The notes under the pieces: generated by a model
Seen by the model: the letters and a program-made list of their open reading frames with translations, nothing else
Told to the model about the DNA's origin: nothing
The model's database searches: none
Program-made: the position numbers and the translations under genes
Assembly: GCA_001695645.1 (NCBI GenBank)
Contig: LVZN01000020.1
Span: 1 to 30,622 of the forward strand
DNA from: Erysipelotrichaceae bacterium MTC7
GTDB lineage: Bacteria; Bacillota_I; Bacilli_A; Erysipelotrichales; Erysipelotrichaceae
Length of the DNA stretch: 30,622 nt
Direction of reading: 5' to 3'
In this document: in pieces, positions 9,027 to 16,285 of the stretch
How the letters are laid out: each line of letters opens with the position of its first letter
Position numbering within the stretch: the stretch's first letter is position 1

Positions 9027-10082
9027 ATGATTGAACCAATTTATATAGCGACAGGTATTTCCATTGTTATCTTTTTGATTTCATGGAGTATTGATCGTCG
9101 TAAAATTACCAATGGGTTTCTTTTTAATGTTTGCATTGGCTTGACTTGTATCTCCCTTGCAGAAATCGGTAACATCTATGAACAACCAATCTTTACGTTT
9201 TTGGGTATGGTAGGACTGCTGTTTATTATTGGCTATTTGTTATTTGGGATTGTGGTGATTATGCTTGCTGCATTTATCAATGGTTTCATCTTGATCAAAA
9301 AAGAAGGTAGAGGTTTGATGAATCTGTTCGTTCTTTTTGTTGGCGTTGCGATACTGATCTTTTTAATTTTGGCGACAGTGAATATCAAAAACGCAACTTT
9401 TACCTTGTTTCAAAGTTTCTTGATTGGTTATGGTTGGTTTGTGGTCATCTATTTGTTGATTAACTTAGCTAACTACATTATGTCATCCTTACTTTATTCG
9501 GTGTATCGTCCACGGTTAAATAAAGATTTTATTATTGTTTTAGGTGCAGGTTTGATTAATGGAGAATATCCAACACCGTTACTCCAAAGACGAATTGATA
9601 AGGCGATGAATTTATATTTTGCGCATGTCAATAAACAAAAACACCGCAAGATTCCTAAAATCATCATGAGTGGTGGAAAAGGGCCGGATGAAAAAGTGAG
9701 TGAAGCTGATGCAATGGCGACTTATGCTAGAGAACATGGCGTGCCACGAGAAGATCTTATCTTGGAGAATAAAAGTAGAAATACAAGAGAAAATATGCGC
9801 TTTTCCAAAGCAAAAATTGCAGAAAGTCATAAAGGCGATTGTGAAGTTGTCTTTGCAACCAGCAATTATCATGTCATGCGCTCAGGTATGTTAGCGCGCC
9901 AAGAAGGTTTAAAAGCACAAGGTATTGGCAGTCGCACCCCATTCTATTTTTGGTTTGGTGCAACTTTACGGGAATTTGTGGCCATCATGAGTATGTACAA
10001 ATGGATTCACGTGGTGGTTTTGGTACTCGGTTTGATTGCAACCATTGCACTGTTGATTATCAATCACACCATCATTTCATAA
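9027..10082 (+). CDS. YdcF/DUF218-family membrane protein (SanA/ElyC-like)
   Basis: Five to six N-terminal TM helices, then a DUF218 core (IIVLGAGLINGEYPTPLLQRRIDKA, IIMSGGKG, SEADAMATYA, ENKSRNTRENMRFS, FATSNYHVMRS). gaaggaga SD is present. The gene starts 2 nt after the previous one. Confidence 0.8.
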   Translation: MIEPIYIATGISIVIFLISWSIDRRKITNGFLFNVCIGLTCISLAEIGNIYEQPIFTFLGMVGLLFIIGYLLFGIVVIMLAAFINGFILIKKEGRGLMNLFVLFVGVAILIFLILATVNIKNATFTLFQSFLIGYGWFVVIYLLINLANYIMSSLLYSVYRPRLNKDFIIVLGAGLINGEYPTPLLQRRIDKAMNLYFAHVNKQKHRKIPKIIMSGGKGPDEKVSEADAMATYAREHGVPREDLILENKSRNTRENMRFSKAKIAESHKGDCEVVFATSNYHVMRSGMLARQEGLKAQGIGSRTPFYFWFGATLREFVAIMSMYKWIHVVVLVLGLIATIALLIINHTIIS

Positions 10083-10096
10083 GGAGGGAAATTAAC

Positions 10097-10576
10097 ATGA
10101 AAAAAATAGAAAGCTTTCAAGTGGATCATCGAAATCTAAATCGTGGGATTTATGTTTCAAGAAAAGACGATGTAGGAAATGAAGTACTTACGACCTTTGA
10201 TATTCGTATGACTTTACCAAATCGCGAACCCGTGATGAATACAGCAGAAATTCACACGCTAGAACATTTAGGAGCAACCTTTTTGCGTAACCATGACGTG
10301 TATGATGAAAAAACGGTGTATTTTGGTCCAATGGGATGTCGTACTGGCTTTTATGTGATTTTTAAAGGTGATTTAACTAGTCATGAAGTTGTTGATATTA
10401 TTAAAGAGATGTTTGTATTTATTATGAATTATGAAGGTGAGATTCCTGGTGGTGATGATTACTCATGTGGTAATTATTTGGATTTAAATCTGCCAATGGC
10501 TAAGTACTGGGCAAAACAATACTTAGATAAGACATTAGCAAACCTAAGTGAAGAACATTTAGTATATCCAAAATAG
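10097..10576 (+). CDS. luxS: S-ribosylhomocysteine lyase LuxS
   Basis: MKKIESFQVDH..., metal-binding HTLEH motif, GPMGCRTGFY. aaggaggg SD lies 8 nt upstream of ATG 10097. The longer ORF-track start at 9950 overlaps ydcF and is not credible. Confidence 0.95.
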   Translation: MKKIESFQVDHRNLNRGIYVSRKDDVGNEVLTTFDIRMTLPNREPVMNTAEIHTLEHLGATFLRNHDVYDEKTVYFGPMGCRTGFYVIFKGDLTSHEVVDIIKEMFVFIMNYEGEIPGGDDYSCGNYLDLNLPMAKYWAKQYLDKTLANLSEEHLVYPK

Positions 10577-10599
10577 AGTGCATATATGCATTCTTTTTT
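10577..10599 (+). terminator. Weak hairpin plus T-run after luxS
   Basis: agtgcat..atgcatt palindrome followed by ctttttta. Confidence 0.4.
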
Positions 10600-10699
10600 A
10601 TAGCAATTTCTACCACGCTGTATAATGCGAGTAATTTGTATAATAAAAACTAGTTTGTTCGATTGACGGCATAAATGAACTAATTGTAAAAAATGTTTA

Positions 10700-10733
10700 C
10701 AACCCGTGTTATTCATTAAAATAACACGGGTTG
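10700..10733. other. Perfect 13-bp stem-loop in non-coding DNA (orphan terminator-like structure)
   Basis: caacccgtgttat - tcattaaa - ataacacgggttg. A T-run is present only on the minus-strand side (gtaaacatttttt). Confidence 0.5.
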
Positions 10734-10934
10734 CTATAAAATTAGAAAGATATATCAAAAAGTATTGAACATTCTGTACAGGAATTGTGATAAAAATACC
10801 ATAAAATTTCTAAAAAGTTAGATAATTGTCATAGGTCAAACAAGGAGTTAACAAATATAATCGAAAAGTACTTGCATTTAATATGTTCATGTATTTTTTT
10901 AGATACCTGATAATCACAACTCATTCTCTATATA

Positions 10935-10969
10935 AAAGAAGATGATTTTTATATATTATCATCTTCTTT
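10935..10969. other. Perfect 12-bp stem-loop in non-coding DNA
   Basis: aaagaagatgat - 11-nt loop - atcatcttcttt. Confidence 0.45.
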
Positions 10970-11076
10970 ATTTGTGTAAATACAACTTTCTAATATTTAT
11001 TTGCGTAAGATAACGGGTTAGAAGGTTAGTGAATATGACATGAAGAATGTGATGAAAAATTGTATATTTTTTATGT

Positions 11077-11102
11077 AAAAATAGCATAAAAATCTAGTTA
11101 TC
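11077..11102. repeat. Tn916 left terminal imperfect inverted repeat
   Basis: aaaaatagcataaaaatctagttatc aligns with the reverse complement of 29084-29109 (aaacaaagtataaatttctaattatc) at 20 of 26 positions, counted by hand. Confidence 0.9.
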
Positions 11103-11149
11103 CGCATAAAAACTGGACTTATCACACTTTATCAAGGTCAAAACCACTC

Positions 11150-11171
11150 AATTTACTACTAATTTACTACT
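11150..11171. promoter_or_regulatory. Tandem direct repeat aatttactact x2, Int arm-type (DR-2) binding sites at the left end
   Basis: Two exact 11-bp copies are head to tail. Related copies (aatttactactt, atttaccactt) sit at 28947-28969 near the other end. Confidence 0.8.
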
Positions 11172-11255
11172 TATGAATGAGCTTTGATACGACGATTTAT
11201 CCTTGAAAAGTGAAGATATAAAGATACTTCCAATAAAATTTGAATATTTAATAGG

Positions 11256-11289
11256 TAGACACTTCAAAAAATGAGGTGTCTATTTTTTT
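11256..11289 (+). terminator. Strong hairpin plus T7 inside the Tn916 left end, upstream of orf24
   Basis: tagacacttc - aaaaaat - gaggtgtcta (10-bp stem with one G-U pair) followed by ttttttt. Confidence 0.7.
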
Positions 11290-11315
11290 ACCCGATTTTG
11301 AAAGGAAGTGAACTT

Positions 11316-11390
11316 ATGAAAACAAAAAATCAAGAATCAAAAGGTCGTTCCCCACTCTTTAAGACCATCAAACATTCATTCAGCCAATAA
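11316..11390 (+). CDS. Small ORF (24 aa) at the position of Tn916 orf24
   Basis: aaaggaag SD, then MKTKNQESKGRSPLFKTIKHSFSQ-stop. It is below the ORF-track size cutoff and coding status is uncertain. Confidence 0.35.
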   Translation: MKTKNQESKGRSPLFKTIKHSFSQ

Positions 11391-11412
11391 AAAAGAAAGG
11401 ATAGGTAAAAAT

Positions 11413-11727
11413 ATGGAACTTAAATTTGTGATTCCCAACATGGAAAAAACATTCGGCAATTTAGAATTTGCTGGCGAGGATAAAGTCGTTCAGCGAAGAA
11501 TCAACGGACGGCTAACTGTCTTATCAAGAAGCTATAATCTCTATTCTGATGTTCAAAGAGCAGATGATATTGTGGTGGTGCTTCCTGCTGAAGCTGGCGA
11601 AAAACATTTCGGCTTTGAGGAACGTGTGAAGTTAGTCAATCCACGTATTACCGCAGAGGGCTACAAAATCGGCACTCGTGGTTTTACAAATTACCTTTTA
11701 CATGCTGACGACATGATAAAAGAATAA
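11413..11727 (+). CDS. Tn916 Orf23 (DUF961/YdcP-like conjugation protein)
   Basis: 104 aa, the size and position of Tn916 orf23. It is a paralog-like partner of the next ORF (shared ...VNP/INP...Y...ADD pattern). Confidence 0.85.
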   Translation: MELKFVIPNMEKTFGNLEFAGEDKVVQRRINGRLTVLSRSYNLYSDVQRADDIVVVLPAEAGEKHFGFEERVKLVNPRITAEGYKIGTRGFTNYLLHADDMIKE

Positions 11728-11742
11728 AGAAAGAGAGGAAAA

Positions 11743-12129
11743 ATGATGAGATTAGCAAATGGCATTGTATTAGATAAAGACACGACTTTTGGAGAATTGA
11801 AATTCTCTGCTCTACGTCGTGAAGTGAGAATCCAAAATGAAGACGGGTCGGTTTCAGATGAAATCAAGGAACGTACCTATGACTTAAAATCCAAAGGACA
11901 AGGACGCATGATTCAAGTAAGTATTCCTGCCAGCGTGCCTTTGAAAGAGTTTGATTATAACGCACGGGTGGAACTTATCAATCCCATTGCGGACACCGTT
12001 GCTACTGCCACCTATCAAGGAGCAGATGTTGACTGGTATATCAAGGCAGACGATATTGTGCTGACAAAGGATTCTAGTTCATTCAAAGCTCAACCACAAG
12101 CAAAGAAAGAACCGACACAAGACAAATAG
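11743..12129 (+). CDS. Tn916 Orf22 (DUF961-family conjugation protein)
   Basis: 128 aa with gagagga SD, in the position of Tn916 orf22. Confidence 0.85.
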   Translation: MMRLANGIVLDKDTTFGELKFSALRREVRIQNEDGSVSDEIKERTYDLKSKGQGRMIQVSIPASVPLKEFDYNARVELINPIADTVATATYQGADVDWYIKADDIVLTKDSSSFKAQPQAKKEPTQDK

Positions 12130-12157
12130 TCGCTAGGTAGAAAGGAGACTTTTTCGC

Positions 12158-13543
12158 ATGAAACAGCGTGGTAAAAGGATTCGCCCATCTGGTAAAGATT
12201 TAGTCTTTCATTTTACGATAGCGTCACTCCTGCCTGTTTTCCTGCTGGTTGTCGGACTGTTTCATGTGAAGACAATCCAGCAGATCAACTGGCAGGATTT
12301 TAACCTATCACAAGCAGATAAGATTGACATTCCCTATTTAATTATCAGTTTCAGTGTCGCAATTCTTATCTGCTTGCTGGTAGCGTTTGTATTCAAACGG
12401 GTTCGCTATGATACGGTTAAACAACTTTACCACCGTCAAAAACTGGCAAAGATGATACTTGAAAACAAGTGGTATGAATCTGAACAGGTCAAAACAGAGG
12501 GTTTCTTTAAAGATAGTGCTGGTCGTACAAAGGAAAAGATAACCTACTTCCCTAAAATGTATTATCGACTTAAAAATGGCTTGATACAGATACGGGTGGA
12601 AATCACGCTGGGAAAATATCAAGACCAACTCTTACACTTGGAAAAGAAATTAGAGAGTGGCTTGTACTGTGAGCTGACGGATAAAGAGTTAAAGGATTCC
12701 TATGTGGAATATACTTTGCTCTATGACACCATAGCCAGTCGTATTTCTATTGATGAAGTAGAAGCTAAAGATGGTAAACTTCGCTTAATGAAAAACGTAT
12801 GGTGGGAATATGATAAGCTCCCTCATATGTTGATTGCTGGTGGTACAGGTGGCGGTAAAACTTACTTTATACTGACACTGATTGAAGCCTTGCTTCATAC
12901 AGATTCAAAACTGTATATTCTTGACCCGAAAAATGCTGATCTTGCGGACTTAGGTTCTGTGATGGCAAATGTCTACTATAGAAAAGAAGACTTGCTTTCT
13001 TGCATTGAAACATTCTATGAAGAAATGATGAAACGTAGTGAGGAAATGAAGCAGATGAAGAACTATAAGACTGGCAAAAATTATGCTTACTTAGGTCTCC
13101 CGGCACACTTCTTAATCTTTGATGAATACGTCGCTTTCATGGAAATGCTGGGAACAAAAGAAAACACCGCAGTTATGAATAAGCTGAAACAGATTGTCAT
13201 GTTAGGTCGTCAAGCTGGCTTCTTTCTAATACTGGCTTGTCAACGTCCAGACGCAAAATATTTAGGCGACGGAATCCGTGATCAGTTTAATTTCAGAGTG
13301 GCTTTAGGTCGTATGTCTGAAATGGGCTATGGCATGATGTTTGGCAGTGACGTACAAAAGGATTTCTTCTTAAAGCGAATCAAAGGTCGTGGCTATGTTG
13401 ATGTAGGAACAAGTGTCATATCAGAGTTTTATACTCCCCTTGTACCAAAAGGATATGATTTCTTGGAGGAAATTAAAAAGTTATCCAACAGCAGACAGTC
13501 CACGCAGGCGACGTGCGAAGCGGAAGTCGCAGGTGTGGACTGA
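12158..13543 (+). CDS. Tn916 Orf21, FtsK/SpoIIIE-family coupling protein (T4CP)
   Basis: Two N-terminal TM segments, Walker A GGTGGGKT, Walker B-like LIFDEY, LILACQRP block. 461 aa. Confidence 0.95.
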   Translation: MKQRGKRIRPSGKDLVFHFTIASLLPVFLLVVGLFHVKTIQQINWQDFNLSQADKIDIPYLIISFSVAILICLLVAFVFKRVRYDTVKQLYHRQKLAKMILENKWYESEQVKTEGFFKDSAGRTKEKITYFPKMYYRLKNGLIQIRVEITLGKYQDQLLHLEKKLESGLYCELTDKELKDSYVEYTLLYDTIASRISIDEVEAKDGKLRLMKNVWWEYDKLPHMLIAGGTGGGKTYFILTLIEALLHTDSKLYILDPKNADLADLGSVMANVYYRKEDLLSCIETFYEEMMKRSEEMKQMKNYKTGKNYAYLGLPAHFLIFDEYVAFMEMLGTKENTAVMNKLKQIVMLGRQAGFFLILACQRPDAKYLGDGIRDQFNFRVALGRMSEMGYGMMFGSDVQKDFFLKRIKGRGYVDVGTSVISEFYTPLVPKGYDFLEEIKKLSNSRQSTQATCEAEVAGVD

Positions 13544-13720
13544 TCTTGCTGGCTGGTGTGGCAATAGCCACGCCAGCACTTAACCCCCCGTATCTAACAG
13601 GGGGGTACAAATCGACAGGAAACAGTCAAAAAAACATTAGAAAATCCTTTGGTTACAAGGGATTTACAAAATTTCAGCGTATGTCAAATGGGCTTTAAAA
13701 GTTGACATACGCCTTTTTGA
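13544..13720. promoter_or_regulatory. Tn916 oriT region (orf21-orf20 intergenic) with inverted repeats
   Basis: IR gctggtgtggc-aata-gccacgccagc (13552-13577, 1 G-T mismatch) and cccccc-N10-gggggg (13584-13605). In Tn916 the transfer origin maps between orf21 and orf20. Confidence 0.75.
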
Positions 13721-14926
13721 TTGGAGGGATTTTTACTGAATGAACAAACTTGGTTACAGCATTTAAAAGAAAAACGCTTGGCTTATGGACTATCTCAAAA
13801 CCGTTTAGCTGTTGCGACTGGTATTACAAGGCAGTATCTAAGCGATATTGAAACAGGAAAAGTCAAGCCATCAGAGGATTTACAGCAGTCCCTTTGGGAA
13901 GCTCTGGAACGCTTCAATCCCGACGCTCCCCTTGAAATGCTGTTTGATTATGTAAGAATTCGCTTTCCGACAACAGACGTACAGCAGGTGGTCGAAAACA
14001 TCTTACAACTGAAACTGTCCTATTTTCTTCATGAGGACTATGGTTTCTATTCTTATTCAGAGCATTATGCTTTAGGCGACATATTCGTCCTTTGCTCCCA
14101 TGAACTGGACAAAGGAGTTCTGGTGGAATTGAAAGGTCGTGGGTGCAGACAATTTGAAAGCTATCTTCTGGCACAACAAAGAAGCTGGTATGAGTTCTTT
14201 ATGGACGTTTTGGTGGCTGGCGGTGTGATGAAACGCCTTGACCTTGCCATTAACGATAAGACAGGGATTTTAAATATCCCTGTACTCACTGAAAAGTGCC
14301 AACAGGAAGAATGTATCTCCGTCTTCCGCAGTTTTAAAAGCTATCGCAGTGGCGAACTGGTACGCAAAGAGGAAAAGGAATGTATGGGAAACACCCTCTA
14401 TATCGGTTCATTACAAAGTGAAGTTTATTTCTGTATCTATGAAAAGGACTACGAGCAGTACAAGAAAAATGATATTCCCATTGAAGACGCAGAAGTAAAA
14501 AACCGTTTTGAGATTCGATTGAAAAATGAGCGTGCCTATTATGCAGTCCGTGATTTACTCGTCTATGACAATCCAGAGCATACCGCCTTTAAAATTATCA
14601 ATCGGTATATCCGTTTTGTAGATAAAGACGATTCCAAACCTCGTTCTGATTGGAAACTGAATGAAGAATGGGCTTGGTTTATTGGGAACAATCGTGAACG
14701 ATTAAAACTAACCACAAAACCAGAGCCTTACTCCTTCCAAAGGACGCTGAACTGGCTATCTCATCAAGTTGCCCCGACCTTAAAGGTTGCGATTAAACTT
14801 GATGAAATCAACCAGACGCAGGTTGTAAAAGACATTCTCGACCATGCGAAACTGACAGACCGACACAAGCAGATTTTGAAGCAACAGTCAGTAAAAGAAC
14901 AGGACGTGATAACAACAAAAAAATAA
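13721..14926 (+). CDS. Tn916 Orf20, Rep_trans-family relaxase with N-terminal XRE HTH
   Basis: HTH LAYGLSQNRLAVATGITRQYLSDIETGK followed by a Rep_trans-like body (MLFDYVRIRFPT...). The ORF-track start is TTG 13721, lying within ttggaggg. The exact start is uncertain, and the older annotation starts at MLFDYV. Confidence 0.85.
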   Translation: MEGFLLNEQTWLQHLKEKRLAYGLSQNRLAVATGITRQYLSDIETGKVKPSEDLQQSLWEALERFNPDAPLEMLFDYVRIRFPTTDVQQVVENILQLKLSYFLHEDYGFYSYSEHYALGDIFVLCSHELDKGVLVELKGRGCRQFESYLLAQQRSWYEFFMDVLVAGGVMKRLDLAINDKTGILNIPVLTEKCQQEECISVFRSFKSYRSGELVRKEEKECMGNTLYIGSLQSEVYFCIYEKDYEQYKKNDIPIEDAEVKNRFEIRLKNERAYYAVRDLLVYDNPEHTAFKIINRYIRFVDKDDSKPRSDWKLNEEWAWFIGNNRERLKLTTKPEPYSFQRTLNWLSHQVAPTLKVAIKLDEINQTQVVKDILDHAKLTDRHKQILKQQSVKEQDVITTKK

Positions 14927-14968
14927 CTCAAATACAAATTCATTGAATATAGAGAGGAGAACATTTTT

Positions 14969-15190
14969 ATGAATTTTGGACAAAACCTTTATAACTGGTT
15001 TCTATCAAACGCTCAATCACTGGTGCTTTTAGCAATCGTTGTGATTGGCTTGTATCTTGGCTTCAAGCGTGAGTTTAGCAAACTGATTGGCTTTTTAATT
15101 ATTGCGATTATTGCGGTTGGCTTAGTCTTCAACGCTGCTGGAGTAAAAGACATTTTACTAGAGCTATTCAATCGCATTATTGGTGCTTAA
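14969..15190 (+). CDS. Tn916 Orf19, small two-TM membrane protein
   Basis: 73 aa with two hydrophobic helices and a gaggaga SD. Confidence 0.8.
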   Translation: MNFGQNLYNWFLSNAQSLVLLAIVVIGLYLGFKREFSKLIGFLIIAIIAVGLVFNAAGVKDILLELFNRIIGA

Positions 15191-15306
15191 ATAAAACCGT
15201 TCTTTTGTGGAATATAAGTGGTTTTCTTATGTTCCGCAAAGGAATGGTACACCAAACGAAGTGCGGTAGGGATTTTTGAATCTCTACAAAGAAAGGACGT
15301 GAATAT

Positions 15307-15804
15307 ATGGACGATATGCAAGTCTATATTGCGAATTTAGGCAAATACAATGAGGGCGAATTGGTCGGTGCGTGGTTTACCTTTCCCATTGACTTTGAGG
15401 AAGTCAAAGAGAAAATCGGCTTGAATGATGAATATGAGGAATACGCCATTCATGACTACGAGTTACCCTTTACGGTTGACGAATACACTTCCATTGGCGA
15501 ACTCAATCGACTATGGGAAATGGTATCGGAATTACCCGAAGAATTACAATCGGAGCTATCTGCTCTGCTCACTCATTTTTCAAGCATTGAAGAACTAAGC
15601 GAACATCAAGAGGATATTATCATTCATTCCGATTGTGATGATATGTATGACGTGGCACGCTACTACATTGAAGAAACGGGTGCTTTAGGCGAAGTACCAG
15701 CTAGTCTTCAAAACTATATTGATTATCAAGCCTATGGTCGGGATTTAGACCTTTCAGGAACGTTTATCTCAACCAATCATGGGATTTTTGAAATCGTCTA
15801 TTAA
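15307..15804 (+). CDS. ardA: ArdA antirestriction protein (Tn916 Orf18)
   Basis: 165 aa, strongly acidic, with an N-terminus MDDMQVYIANLGKYNEGELVGAWFTFPIDFEE that is characteristic of ArdA DNA mimics. Confidence 0.95.
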   Translation: MDDMQVYIANLGKYNEGELVGAWFTFPIDFEEVKEKIGLNDEYEEYAIHDYELPFTVDEYTSIGELNRLWEMVSELPEELQSELSALLTHFSSIEELSEHQEDIIIHSDCDDMYDVARYYIEETGALGEVPASLQNYIDYQAYGRDLDLSGTFISTNHGIFEIVY

Positions 15805-15892
15805 ATCTGTCGGTACATTACTACTGGCAGATTTTCTATTTTACGGGGTGGCTCAATCAGCTACCCCTATTTTTTATGAAAGGATTGATTAC

Positions 15893-16285
15893 ATGAAGAA
15901 AATACGAAGCTATACCAGTATCTGGTCTGTGGAAAAGGTACTGTATTCTATCAATGATTTTAGACTTCCGTTTCCCATAACCTTTACGCAAATGACATGG
16001 TTTGTCGTGTCACTCTTTGCAGTGATGATACTTGGCAACTTGCCCCCTCTTTCCATGATAGAGGGAGCATTTCTCAAATACTTTGGGATTCCTGTGGCTT
16101 TCACATGGTTTATGTCTACAAAAACTTTTGATGGTAAAAAGCCTTATGGATTTTTGAAGTCTGTCATTGCTTATGCACTGCGACCAAAGCTGACCTATGC
16201 AGGAAAAAAAGTAACGCTTGGCAGAAACCAGCCACAAGAAGCCATTACAGCAGTTAGGAGTGAATTTTATGGCATATCCAATTAA
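15893..16285 (+). CDS. Tn916 Orf17, TcpE-like membrane protein (VirB3-like)
   Basis: ATG 15893 is preceded by an aaagga SD, giving MKKIRSYTSIWSVEKVLY... with two TM helices. The ORF-track start at 15779 overlaps ardA and a hairpin/T-run at 15845-15875. Confidence 0.8.
   Translation: MKKIRSYTSIWSVEKVLYSINDFRLPFPITFTQMTWFVVSLFAVMILGNLPPLSMIEGAFLKYFGIPVAFTWFMSTKTFDGKKPYGFLKSVIAYALRPKLTYAGKKVTLGRNQPQEAITAVRSEFYGISN

Noticed and set aside
9950-10096. Long N-terminal extension of the luxS ORF (ORF track start 9950, 208 aa)
   Set aside because: It overlaps the 3' end of the ydcF-like gene in another frame. The extension is not LuxS-like, and ATG 10097 has a perfect aaggaggg SD and gives a canonical LuxS of about 159 aa.
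10883-10945. 20-codon hydrophobic/basic mini-ORF that could be a type I toxin
   Set aside because: It has no SD and is very short, with only circumstantial support from the nearby hairpin. I kept it as a note within the non-coding-region finding rather than as a feature.
13513-13698. 61-codon ORF across the orf21-orf20 spacer
   Set aside because: It covers the oriT inverted repeats and starts inside orf21. There is no SD, and Tn916 has no gene here.
15779-15892. Long 5' extensions of orf17 (from 15779) and orf16 (from 16218)
   Set aside because: The extensions overlap the preceding genes and, for orf17, a hairpin plus T-run. The internal ATGs at 15893 and 16269 have SD sequences and give the sizes expected for Tn916 Orf17 and Orf16.
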